DNA of 64,000 nucleotides, taken from NCBI GenBank assembly GCA_017410525.1, contig JAFQQQ010000002.1:205591-269590 (forward strand). Reading direction: 5' to 3'. The DNA comes from Bacilli bacterium (lineage in GTDB: Bacteria > Bacillota_I > Bacilli_A > RF39 > UBA660). A model generated the notes under the pieces. The model saw only the letters and a list, made by a program, of their open reading frames with translations. It was not told the origin of the DNA and ran no database searches. Of this stretch, positions 17,412-26,862 are shown piece by piece. The translations under genes and the position numbers were made by a program. Numbering within the stretch: position 1 is the stretch's first letter; each line of letters starts with the position of its first letter.

Positions 17412-18671
17412 ATGAAAGAAGATAAAATATTATTTTTGTATCCGCCGACAGTTTATGCTAACCATAGTATGTTTAAGCATTTTACTTATTTTGGCGAAAC
17501 GATAGATGTTATAAGTAGATATTATAAAAATATAAAAGTTTTAGACTGTGCAGTTGAACAAATAGAACAAAAGATAATATTTAATAATTTTAAAGATAGT
17601 AATTTATTAGTAATGGAAATAGAACCTTATAACATAGATGTTGCACTATCTTTAGGAAAATTATATAAATCATTCAACAGTAAAGGAAAAATTATAGTAT
17701 ATGGTACTGCAATTACAATAATGCCCAATTATTTTATGAAACAACATTTATTTGATTATATAATTAATGATGGTAATTTTGCTGTTGGTATATTGGGGGT
17801 AATGAATGAAATTTTAAATACAGAATATCCTTATGAAGTTAAGAGTAAATATTATGAATTAATAAATGGTGAGTATATAATGAAGGGTGATAATTTTCAA
17901 CTTCCAATAAAAGATTGGGGTGTTGGATATAATAAATTATTACCATTAGAAAAATATAAATTTTATAATAATGGTATGTTTGAATTAACTGTTCAAACCG
18001 GTTGCCCTTTTAATTGTTCTTTTTGTTCTGAAAAAATATTATTTGATAAGTATTGTGGAACAAAATATAGAGATGTTGAAGATATTATTAAAATAATGAA
18101 AAATATTAATGACGATTTTAATGAAATATATTTTTCTGCTACAACAATGACAGCAAATAGAAAATGGACTGAAAATTTATGTACTAGATTAATTGAAGAA
18201 GGTAATAAAATGCCTTGGAGAACAGTTACTAGAATTGATTGTGTTGATGAAGAATTGTTAAAATTAATGAAAAAATCAGGATTAAAGAAAATTTGTTTTG
18301 GTGTTGAAACGTTTGATGATAAATTATTAGAAGAGATAAATAAAAAACAAAATGCAAATAATGTAATTAATATATTAAAATTATGCAATAAATTAGGTAT
18401 TAAAGCCAAAGCTTTACTTATGTTGGGTATACCAGGACAAACAGCAAAAAATGTTTTTGATACAGTGAAAATATTAAAAGATTTAAATGTGGAATATAGA
18501 TTTAAAGAATATTCTCCTATTCGTGAAGCACATATATTAGATTCTAAAAATTCTGATATCTCTGATATGATTCCTATTTTTAGTAGATATGAATATAGAA
18601 CAAGTAGTATTCCTGGAATAACTAGTGAAGAATATATGGAATTACTTTTTCCTACAGAATATGTGAGGTAG
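17412..18671 (+). CDS. Radical SAM enzyme with an N-terminal B12-binding-like domain (class B type)
   Basis: CPFNCSFC (CxxxCxxC) at about residue 198, preceded by a Rossmann-like ~150-aa domain (ILFLYPP...LLVMEIEP...IIVYGTA). Confidence 0.75.
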   Translation: MKEDKILFLYPPTVYANHSMFKHFTYFGETIDVISRYYKNIKVLDCAVEQIEQKIIFNNFKDSNLLVMEIEPYNIDVALSLGKLYKSFNSKGKIIVYGTAITIMPNYFMKQHLFDYIINDGNFAVGILGVMNEILNTEYPYEVKSKYYELINGEYIMKGDNFQLPIKDWGVGYNKLLPLEKYKFYNNGMFELTVQTGCPFNCSFCSEKILFDKYCGTKYRDVEDIIKIMKNINDDFNEIYFSATTMTANRKWTENLCTRLIEEGNKMPWRTVTRIDCVDEELLKLMKKSGLKKICFGVETFDDKLLEEINKKQNANNVINILKLCNKLGIKAKALLMLGIPGQTAKNVFDTVKILKDLNVEYRFKEYSPIREAHILDSKNSDISDMIPIFSRYEYRTSSIPGITSEEYMELLFPTEYVR

Positions 18672-18678
18672 ATTAGCA

Positions 18679-19707
18679 ATGATTGAACATTTAAAAAGTG
18701 GTTTGTCAATATCGACACATTTAGGTTGTGGATTAAAGTGCTCGTATTGTATTTTGTCAACCATGGACGGTTTTAATGAGGGCCCGGTATTACAAATTAA
18801 ACCCAAGGATTTAATATTTAAATTATTTAATGAATATGAATTTTATTGCAAAAATAAAACACCTTTAATGTTAAATAATAGAACAGATCCATTTTTACCA
18901 ACTGTAACACCGTATACTTTAGAAATTTTAGATTTATTAATTGAAAAGCAAGTCGAGTCTCCAATTATAATAATTTCAAAGTTTGCGCCGCCTACAGTTT
19001 TAAAAAAATATTTTTCTTTATTAAATATTTGTTACTTTTATTCTTATTCTGGTATAGATACTGATTTTAACTATAATAAACTTAAAAGTGATTTACAACT
19101 AATAAAAAATGTTGTTCCTAGGTCTTCTAGATTTCATTATTTTAGACCGATAATACCAGGAGTGAACGATGATTTTGAATTTATGAAAAAAATATTAAAT
19201 ATATTTAGTGAAAATGAATTTGATGCCACTGTAATTGCTGGATTTAGGGTAACTAATCTAAATAAACATTTAATAAAAAAGGAAACGATAGATGTTGAAA
19301 AAATTGATTATAATCATAAATTAGTAGATAGTAGTATATATGAAATAAATAAAATATTTAATGCCGAAAATTATCGTATATTTAGACATACTAGTTGTGC
19401 TATAGCAAACCATTTTAATTCTTTTAACAAATTAAATTATTTTTCAAAATGTGGTCATTGCTTTGAATCATGTCCTAACTATGACAACTGTTTAAATAAA
19501 AGAATAAATATTAAAGATATTTTAAAAGAACTTAAAGAAAAATTTGGTAATGAATATAATTTTAAAATTAAAGATAACAAAATTGAAATATTGTCTTTAT
19601 GTACTCAAGAATTAGTTGCTTATATAAAAAATGCTTATGGGTGTGAGATTATTGCAACCAATGTTAAATTATCAAAATCTGAAGAGGTGATTTTAGGTGA
19701 AAAATAA
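18679..19707 (+). CDS. Radical SAM enzyme (compact, with a C-terminal Cys cluster)
   Basis: GCGLKCSYC near the N-terminus. A later cluster, CAIANH...CGHCFESCPNYDNC, could hold an auxiliary Fe-S cluster. Confidence 0.65.
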   Translation: MIEHLKSGLSISTHLGCGLKCSYCILSTMDGFNEGPVLQIKPKDLIFKLFNEYEFYCKNKTPLMLNNRTDPFLPTVTPYTLEILDLLIEKQVESPIIIISKFAPPTVLKKYFSLLNICYFYSYSGIDTDFNYNKLKSDLQLIKNVVPRSSRFHYFRPIIPGVNDDFEFMKKILNIFSENEFDATVIAGFRVTNLNKHLIKKETIDVEKIDYNHKLVDSSIYEINKIFNAENYRIFRHTSCAIANHFNSFNKLNYFSKCGHCFESCPNYDNCLNKRINIKDILKELKEKFGNEYNFKIKDNKIEILSLCTQELVAYIKNAYGCEIIATNVKLSKSEEVILGEK

Positions 19708-20248
19708 TATTATAGTGGGATGCGATTTACATAATACTTTGTTATTAAGCAATGAAGCTTGGATAAAAGCATTTATAAGTCTTAATTCTAAATTGGATAT
19801 AAATGAAATTTCTAATTTTATATATAGTAAAAAATCAAGAAAAGAAATGGCTAGATTATATAATATTGATTATAATGTATTATTAAATACTTATCATAAA
19901 AATTGTATTCCTAATATAAAATTATTAAATTTTATTAAAGAACTTAAAGTTAAAGGGTTTCCTATTGTTTTAATTTCTTCATCAAGCGAAGAAAAAGTAA
20001 AAAAAGATTTAGAGAAACTAAAAGAATATATTTCTTTTGATAAAATTTATACAAAAGAAACATTTTCTAAAAGTGTTTCTAAAGATTGGGATATGGTTAT
20101 AAAAGAATATAGAGCAAAATTTATGGTATATATAGGAAATGACTATGATGAAGATATAATACATAATGATAAAGTAATATCTATTCTTTCAGGACATTTT
20201 TTTACAGAATTGAAAAAAAACGGTTTTTTAGAAGAAAGAGGTAAATAA
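19697..20248 (+). CDS. HAD-superfamily protein with variant motif I
   Basis: GCDLHNTL (DxH instead of DxD), LISSSS (motif II), GNDYDEDI (motif IV). GTG start overlaps the upstream gene by 11 nt. Confidence 0.55.
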   Translation: MKNNIIVGCDLHNTLLLSNEAWIKAFISLNSKLDINEISNFIYSKKSRKEMARLYNIDYNVLLNTYHKNCIPNIKLLNFIKELKVKGFPIVLISSSSEEKVKKDLEKLKEYISFDKIYTKETFSKSVSKDWDMVIKEYRAKFMVYIGNDYDEDIIHNDKVISILSGHFFTELKKNGFLEERGK

Positions 20249-20250
20249 AA

Positions 20251-21168
20251 ATGGAAATATATTTAAAAAAAGAAGATATAGAAAGTTATCTAATAAATCA
20301 GGAAGAAAATATAAAAAACATGATTGATAATTTAGATTCAAGTTGGCCACATTATAATGCAGTGAAAAAATTATTAGAAGAGACTATGTTAGAAATAAAA
20401 AGAAAAGATATACATTGTAATGCTGTTTTATCTTCTACTAAGCATGAACGAAAAATAGAAAAATATGTAAATTGGGTTGAGGTTTATAGACTAGCAAATT
20501 ATCATTTTTCAAAATATACTAGTAGTAATACTTCTTATAGTGAAGGATTGTTTTCAACATTACTTGCGTTAAATAGTATGTATATACATAATAAAAAAAT
20601 TAAGGATATTGGAATAATTGGTTGTGGTCCAGGAAGAAGCGTTTTAGATTTTTCTTTAGCTTATCCAGATGCCACTATTTATGGTTTAGATTATTCCTTA
20701 GTTTCCTTAGTTTTAGCAAGAAATATTGTTAGTACAAATAATAAAAATATTGAGATTATAAGAAGAGATGATGAAGTAGTATTAGATAAAGTTGAAAGCT
20801 TTAATAGGACAAATTGTAAATGGGGAATGTTTGATTTAACTAAATCTAATTTAAATGAAAAATTTGATATCGTAGTATGTTCAAATGTAATAAATTTAAT
20901 GCCTAATCATAAAGATGCTATAAATAAAATTTATGATATGATAAAACCTAATGGATATTTAATATATGCTGATTTAACTGGTTGGAGATTAGATAGAAAG
21001 AAAGAACAACAATTACTTTCTGATAAAAAAGCTATAAAAAATAGTTTTGAAAACGTAGGCTTTGAAACTATAGAATGTTTTGATGGTGGACCATATATAG
21101 AAAAAGAAAATAAAGATAATTTCACGTTTTATAAACAAACTTATTATATAGGAAGGAAGGTAAAATGA
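20251..21168 (+). CDS. Class I SAM-dependent methyltransferase
   Basis: IGIIGCGPGRSVLDF (motif I), GLDYS, VVCSNVINLM. Confidence 0.75.
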   Translation: MEIYLKKEDIESYLINQEENIKNMIDNLDSSWPHYNAVKKLLEETMLEIKRKDIHCNAVLSSTKHERKIEKYVNWVEVYRLANYHFSKYTSSNTSYSEGLFSTLLALNSMYIHNKKIKDIGIIGCGPGRSVLDFSLAYPDATIYGLDYSLVSLVLARNIVSTNNKNIEIIRRDDEVVLDKVESFNRTNCKWGMFDLTKSNLNEKFDIVVCSNVINLMPNHKDAINKIYDMIKPNGYLIYADLTGWRLDRKKEQQLLSDKKAIKNSFENVGFETIECFDGGPYIEKENKDNFTFYKQTYYIGRKVK

Positions 21169-21824
21169 AAAATATAATATTATTAAGTGGACCTGATAAA
21201 ACAAAATATTTTGCTAAGGAAATATCAAAAGAAATAAAAAATAACGTTACGCATCCAACAAATATGGTTGTAATACCGGCTGATCCAAATAATTATGAAA
21301 AAAATGATAAACAATTTAAAGGGAATGAAAGTGTAGTTGGAGTATTTAAAACATTTAAAAAAATATTTCCAGATATAAATATTGTTTTGTTAGATAATAG
21401 AGTAGATTCTACAAGTGGATTAAACAAGTTGAAGAAAGCAGATATTATTTATCTACTTGGTGGAAATCCTTTTATTCAATTAGAATACTTGCAAAAAAAT
21501 AATTATAGTGATACAATATGCAGCACAAATGCATTGGTTATGGGAGTTAGTGCTGGATCAATGAATTTAGCTGTTGATTCTTATTATTCTAAAGATGAGG
21601 ATTATCCAGAAAGTGTAATTTATAAAGGATTAGGAATTGTTGACATGACTATAGATCCACATTTTGATATTAACAATGAAGAACAGGTTAAAGAAATAAA
21701 AGTTAATTCAAAAGATAGAAAAATTATTGGTTTACCAAATGATTCAGCAATAATTGTTTCAAATAATAATATAAAATATATTGGTGATATTTATTTATTT
21801 GAAAATGGTGAATTAACTAATTAA
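21165..21824 (+). CDS. Peptidase S51 (dipeptidase E / cyanophycinase-like) family protein
   Basis: LLGGNPF, GVSAGSMN (nucleophile Ser context), DPHF. ATGA overlap with the methyltransferase gene. Confidence 0.6.
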   Translation: MKNIILLSGPDKTKYFAKEISKEIKNNVTHPTNMVVIPADPNNYEKNDKQFKGNESVVGVFKTFKKIFPDINIVLLDNRVDSTSGLNKLKKADIIYLLGGNPFIQLEYLQKNNYSDTICSTNALVMGVSAGSMNLAVDSYYSKDEDYPESVIYKGLGIVDMTIDPHFDINNEEQVKEIKVNSKDRKIIGLPNDSAIIVSNNNIKYIGDIYLFENGELTN

Positions 21825-21855
21825 TTAGTTAGTTTACAAGATAGGGGGAATTGGA

Positions 21856-23433
21856 ATGAATTGGGCATTAGAAGAAGCAAAAAAATTAGTTGAAAAGCAT
21901 CCTGAAAAGGAAGAATTTGTAATCGCATCGGGGGTTAGTCCATCTGGATTTATACACATAGGAAATTTTAGAGAAATCGTTACTACATTTTTTGTAGGTA
22001 AAGAATTAGAAAATTTAGGGAAAAAAGTTAGATTTATATTATCGTTTGATGATTTTGATAGATTTAGAAAAGTTCCTAAAGGAATGCCGGAAAGTTATAG
22101 TAAGTATATAGGAATGCCTTATACTAGTATACCTAGTCCATTTAGTGAAAATAAAACTTATGCTAAAGAAATGGAAGATATATTTGTAAGTGAATTAAAT
22201 AGACTAGGAATTAATCCTGAAACCATATCTCAAACAGAACAATATAAAAGTGGAAGATATGATGATAAAATTAAATTAGCTATGGAACAAAGAAAAAAAA
22301 TATTTGATATAATGGCTAATTATAAAACTCAAGAATTTACAGAAGAAGATAGAAATAATTATTATCCTATAAGTTTATATTGTGAAGAATGTGGTAAAGA
22401 TTCAACAACTATATTAAATTATAATGATGTAACAGGTGATGTAGAATATAAATGTACTTGTGGGCATCATCATATTCAAAATATAAATAAATGTGGTAAT
22501 ATAAAGTTACAATGGAAAATTGATTGGCCAATGAGATGGCAAAAAGAAGGGGTAATTTTTGAACCAGGTGGTAGAGATCATTCTGCAGAAAATGGAAGTT
22601 ATGCTGTATCAAAAGAAATATCTAAACGAATTTTTGAATATGAAGCACCATCCTATGTAGCCTATGATTTTATTGGTATTAAAGGCGCTAATGGTAAAAT
22701 GGCTTCATCAACAGGAAATGTTTTAACATTAACTGATTTATTAAGTGTTTATGATAAAAATATAATATTATGGTTTTATGCCAAAAATAGACCTAATCAT
22801 CAATTTAATATAGCGCTTGATGAAGATGTATTAAGATTCTATACAGAATATGATAGGATGGTAAAAGCATATTTTGAAGGTAAATTAGATGATAAAAATT
22901 CTAGTATTATATCATTAACAGGAGTAACTAGTGGGTATGTTAATAATCCTAATTTTGGATATATAGCAAACTTTTTACCGATGGTAAGTTATAAAGAAGA
23001 AGCACTTGCAAAATTATTAAGTAAAGAAAATATTGATTGTTCTACATTATATTTTAAAAATAGATTACTAAGAGCAACCAATTGGTTAGAAAAATATAAT
23101 AATAGTAAAATAAAAGTGTTAGATGAATTTAATCAAGAATATTATGAAACATTAAGTGATGAAGAAAAAGAATGGTTAGAAAAAACTTTAGTTGTTTTAC
23201 AAAATGAATATGAAACTACTCAGGATTTACAAACAGATTTATATGCTATTGTAAAAAATGGTATAGAAGATTCTAAAGAATTAAAAAATAAACAAAGAAG
23301 ATATTTTCAGATAATTTATAATTTAATTATAGGAAAAGATAATGGACCAAAAATGGGATTATTGCTATCTGCAATGGATTATGAAGTTGTAAAATCTAAA
23401 TTGCAAAAATCAAAAGAAAAAAAATTAAGATAA
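21856..23433 (+). CDS. lysK: Class I lysyl-tRNA synthetase (LysK-type)
   Basis: SGFIHIGNFREI (HIGN), GKMASSTGN (KMSKS-equivalent), Cys-rich insertion YCEECG...CTCGHHH. 525 aa. Confidence 0.8.
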   Translation: MNWALEEAKKLVEKHPEKEEFVIASGVSPSGFIHIGNFREIVTTFFVGKELENLGKKVRFILSFDDFDRFRKVPKGMPESYSKYIGMPYTSIPSPFSENKTYAKEMEDIFVSELNRLGINPETISQTEQYKSGRYDDKIKLAMEQRKKIFDIMANYKTQEFTEEDRNNYYPISLYCEECGKDSTTILNYNDVTGDVEYKCTCGHHHIQNINKCGNIKLQWKIDWPMRWQKEGVIFEPGGRDHSAENGSYAVSKEISKRIFEYEAPSYVAYDFIGIKGANGKMASSTGNVLTLTDLLSVYDKNIILWFYAKNRPNHQFNIALDEDVLRFYTEYDRMVKAYFEGKLDDKNSSIISLTGVTSGYVNNPNFGYIANFLPMVSYKEEALAKLLSKENIDCSTLYFKNRLLRATNWLEKYNNSKIKVLDEFNQEYYETLSDEEKEWLEKTLVVLQNEYETTQDLQTDLYAIVKNGIEDSKELKNKQRRYFQIIYNLIIGKDNGPKMGLLLSAMDYEVVKSKLQKSKEKKLR

Positions 23434-23456
23434 ACTAAATTTGTTTATCTTTTTTG
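23428..23456 (+). terminator. Intrinsic terminator closing the operon
   Basis: AGATAAAC (23428-23435) pairs with GTTTATCT (23443-23450), followed by TTTTT. Confidence 0.7.
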
Positions 23457-23514
23457 TGTTATAATAAGATTGTAGGGGATAAGTATAATGAAAAAAATTA
23501 TTTAAGGAGGAAAT

Positions 23515-23997
23515 ATGATAAGAGAAGCTTTAGAAAAAGATGCTGAGAGAATTGTATATATTAATGTAATGTCTTGGAAAAATACGTATAAACATATTTT
23601 TCCACAAGATTTTTTAGATAGTCTTAATCCTATGAGTATTGATAATATTGAAAAATGTAAGAAAAAAATAAATCAATATATAGTATATGAAGTTGATAAT
23701 AAGGTAGTAGGGTTTGCTAGATTTGGATTAAATAAGAAAAATTATGGTAATGAGTATGGAGAAATACATGCTTTATATTTAGATGATAATTATAAGGGAA
23801 TGAATATAGGAACTGAGCTTGTAAAGTATATATTTGAAAAATTGAAGTCAACATATAAATATGTCTTGATAAGTACTTTAGTTGAAAATAATGCTAATAC
23901 ATTTTATAAAAAATTAGGTGGAAAATTTATAGGTCAAAGTGAATTTGAATTAGAAGGTAAAAAATATTTAGAAAATGTATATGAATATGTTTTATAA
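23515..23997 (+). CDS. GNAT N-acetyltransferase
   Basis: ALYLDDNYKGMNIGTELV acetyl-CoA-binding loop. 160 aa. Confidence 0.75.
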   Translation: MIREALEKDAERIVYINVMSWKNTYKHIFPQDFLDSLNPMSIDNIEKCKKKINQYIVYEVDNKVVGFARFGLNKKNYGNEYGEIHALYLDDNYKGMNIGTELVKYIFEKLKSTYKYVLISTLVENNANTFYKKLGGKFIGQSEFELEGKKYLENVYEYVL

Positions 23998-24059
23998 TTG
24001 ATATAAAAATATATATAACTATAATAAGAAAGATTTCTATTTTTATAGAAATAAAAAAG

Positions 24060-24767
24060 GTGTTTATGAATAAATTTTTAAAAGATATAGAATTTGATAA
24101 TGAATATATAAATTCATGTATAACTAAAGTAGATAATAAATTAAAAGAATATATAAACAATAAAATATTACCTGAATATGATTTAAATGATGAAGGTCAT
24201 AATAAAAATCATATAGAGTTTGTTCTTAAAAGAGCGCTTGAACTAAGTAAAAATTATGATATAAATTACAATATTTTATATGTGTCTGTTAGTTTTCATG
24301 ATATTGCTTGTCATATAAATAGAGAAGAACATGAAGTTTTATCTGCTAATATAGCTTATAAAGATGAATTTTTAAATAAATTCTTTAATAAAGAAGAATT
24401 AACTATAATAAAAGAAGCAATAGAAGACCACAGGGCATCTTCAGATAAAATACCACGTAATATATATGGAAAAATATTATCTTCAGCTGATAGAAAAGTA
24501 GATATAAAAACATATTTGATTTCCTCTTTATTCTTTCAAGTAACAGATATTAGTAATTTAGATATGAATGAAGCAATAGAACAATCTTATAATCATGCTA
24601 TTAAAAAATTTGGTAAGAATGGGTATGCTACTAATAAGTTTTACGTAGATGACAAAAGATATAAAGAATTTCTTACAAACTTACAATATCTAATTGATAA
24701 TAAAGATGAGTTTTATAAATTAGCTGAAATAGTATTTAATGAAGTTAAAAGCAATAAAAAGAATTAA
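24060..24767 (+). CDS. HD-domain phosphohydrolase
   Basis: GHNKNHIEFV ... VSFHDIACH (H...HD). Terminator AGATAAAC/GTTTATCT at 24869-24889. Confidence 0.65.
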   Translation: MFMNKFLKDIEFDNEYINSCITKVDNKLKEYINNKILPEYDLNDEGHNKNHIEFVLKRALELSKNYDINYNILYVSVSFHDIACHINREEHEVLSANIAYKDEFLNKFFNKEELTIIKEAIEDHRASSDKIPRNIYGKILSSADRKVDIKTYLISSLFFQVTDISNLDMNEAIEQSYNHAIKKFGKNGYATNKFYVDDKRYKEFLTNLQYLIDNKDEFYKLAEIVFNEVKSNKKN

Positions 24768-25001
24768 ATTTGAAACATATATATTTTTTATACATAAAAA
24801 AGACTATTTCATACAAACATATTGATTTTTAACTAAAAAAATATATTATATAATTAAATATTTAATTTAGATAAACATTTAGTTTATCTTTTTTATTATT
24901 TTTTAACACATTTTTGTTGAAATGAGTTGTTGGAATGTGCTAAAATATATTTGTAATTAAAGATATGTTGCAGATTATTAAATCGATTGGGGGAAACGAT
25001 T

Positions 25002-26807
25002 ATGGAAAATAAAAAATTTGTTTTTGATAAGGAAGGCAGTAAAAAAATTACGGGATTTGCTTCTATAGATAAACCTTGGAATAGATTTTATAGAAAAGAA
25101 CCTATTAGAGAAATTAAGTTAAATCAAACTATTTATGATATGGTATTTGGTGAAAACATTAATAATATGGATGACGATGCTCTGGGATATTTAGGAGTTA
25201 GCTTAACTTTCAATCAATTAAAAGCTAAAGTTGACCAATTTGCAGATGCGTTACTTAAATCTGGTTTAAATAGCGGTGACGTAGTTTTAATGGGGGTTTC
25301 TAATTCTCCTGAATCTATCATAGCATTATTAGCATTAAATAAAATTGGTGTAGTTTCTAAGTGGTTTGATATTAGAGCAAGTGAAAAAGATATAGAAACA
25401 TATGCAAAATCAAGTAATTGTAATTATATGATTGCATTCGATATGTTAATACCTAAAATAGAAAAAACATTATCGAATGTGGATTTTAATAAAATAATAA
25501 TAATAAATCCAACAGATTCTTTACCAAAAATTAAACAAGAATTATATAAACTTCAATGTAAGAAAAATGGAACATATGTAAAAATGCCTTCGGATAAGAG
25601 ATTTGTTAGGTTTAATAATTTTATGAAATTAGGAAGCAATAATTCAAAATTAGAAAGTGTCCAATTTGATGCCACAAAACCTTCAATTATGATACAATCA
25701 AGTGGTACTACGGGTAAACCAAAAACTATAGTTCATTCTGATTCTTCTTGTGTTAATTGTACTCATAAAATGGCTTATACAGATTTACCGTTAGGTAGAG
25801 GTAAAAAGATGTTAGTAGCTTTACCGCCTTGGATTGCATATGGATTAGGTAATGCCATAATAATGCCTTTATCATATGGAACTAAGGTAGAACTTAGCCC
25901 TAATTTTGATCCTAATGCTGTATTAAAAAATATAGGTAAGTTTACTATTTCTTTTGCAGCTCCATTTCATTATCGTTATTTAAAAGAACATTTTTCAGAA
26001 TTAACTGAAAAGCAAAAAGAAGCTTTTAAAATGGTTGAATGCTTAGCGTCTGGTGGAGACAAAATGTCTATAGAAGAAAATAACGATTTTGAGAAGACCT
26101 TTGGCGTTGTACTTATAAATGGTTATGGTAACAATGAAGGTTGGGGGGTATTAACTGTAAATCCTACACTTCATAATAAATATGGTACAGTTGGTATACC
26201 TAAATTTGGCGATTTAGTAATCAGTTATGATACTGACAATGAAAAAGAAAATGCATATGGTGAGTGGGGAGAAATATGCTCATTAACTGATACTTCAATG
26301 TTGTATTACGAAGATAATTTAGAAGAAACTAAAAAAACTTTACAAACTCATCCAGATGGTAAAGTTTGGATACATACTGGAGATTTAGGTTTTATAGATG
26401 AAGATGGTTTTATTCATTTAGGTGGAAGAGCTAGACGAGTTATTGTAAGGCTAGGATTTAAAATATCTGCATATACAATAGAAGATAAATTATCTGAACA
26501 TCCAGCAGTAAAAGAATGTGTTGCGGTTTCTGTAAAAGATGCTGAAGAAGAACATGTTCCAATGGTATACATAATTTTAAAAGACGAGTATAAAGCATTA
26601 TCTGATACAATAGAAAATGATATATATGTAAAATTGTCACAAGAATTAAAAGAATATGAAATACCAAAATATTTTAGAATTGTTGATAGTTTACCATATA
26701 CTCAAAATGGTAAATATGATTTTGTTTCTTTAGAAAAATATGGTAACGAATATGTTGATAGTTTAGATTCAAACGATAAAATATTTAAAAAGAAAATAGG
26801 TGATTAA
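25002..26807 (+). CDS. AMP-dependent acyl-CoA/acyl-adenylate ligase (ANL superfamily)
   Basis: QSSGTTGKPK AMP-binding motif, GYGNNE, TGDLGFIDEDGF, and GK near the C-terminus. ATG at 25002 preferred (GGGGGAA RBS). Confidence 0.85.
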   Translation: MENKKFVFDKEGSKKITGFASIDKPWNRFYRKEPIREIKLNQTIYDMVFGENINNMDDDALGYLGVSLTFNQLKAKVDQFADALLKSGLNSGDVVLMGVSNSPESIIALLALNKIGVVSKWFDIRASEKDIETYAKSSNCNYMIAFDMLIPKIEKTLSNVDFNKIIIINPTDSLPKIKQELYKLQCKKNGTYVKMPSDKRFVRFNNFMKLGSNNSKLESVQFDATKPSIMIQSSGTTGKPKTIVHSDSSCVNCTHKMAYTDLPLGRGKKMLVALPPWIAYGLGNAIIMPLSYGTKVELSPNFDPNAVLKNIGKFTISFAAPFHYRYLKEHFSELTEKQKEAFKMVECLASGGDKMSIEENNDFEKTFGVVLINGYGNNEGWGVLTVNPTLHNKYGTVGIPKFGDLVISYDTDNEKENAYGEWGEICSLTDTSMLYYEDNLEETKKTLQTHPDGKVWIHTGDLGFIDEDGFIHLGGRARRVIVRLGFKISAYTIEDKLSEHPAVKECVAVSVKDAEEEHVPMVYIILKDEYKALSDTIENDIYVKLSQELKEYEIPKYFRIVDSLPYTQNGKYDFVSLEKYGNEYVDSLDSNDKIFKKKIGD

Positions 26808-26862
26808 ATCTATTTTCTTTTTTGTCGTTTTATGATATACTGAAATCATAGGAGGGTAAGAA

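Noticed and set aside
17993-18760. The longest antisense ORF (255 aa), opposite the B12-type radical-SAM gene.
   Set aside because: It is fully embedded antisense to a gene with a CxxxCxxC motif and tight operon spacing. The sequence is S/I/L/F/N-rich without any domain signature. I treat it as a shadow ORF.
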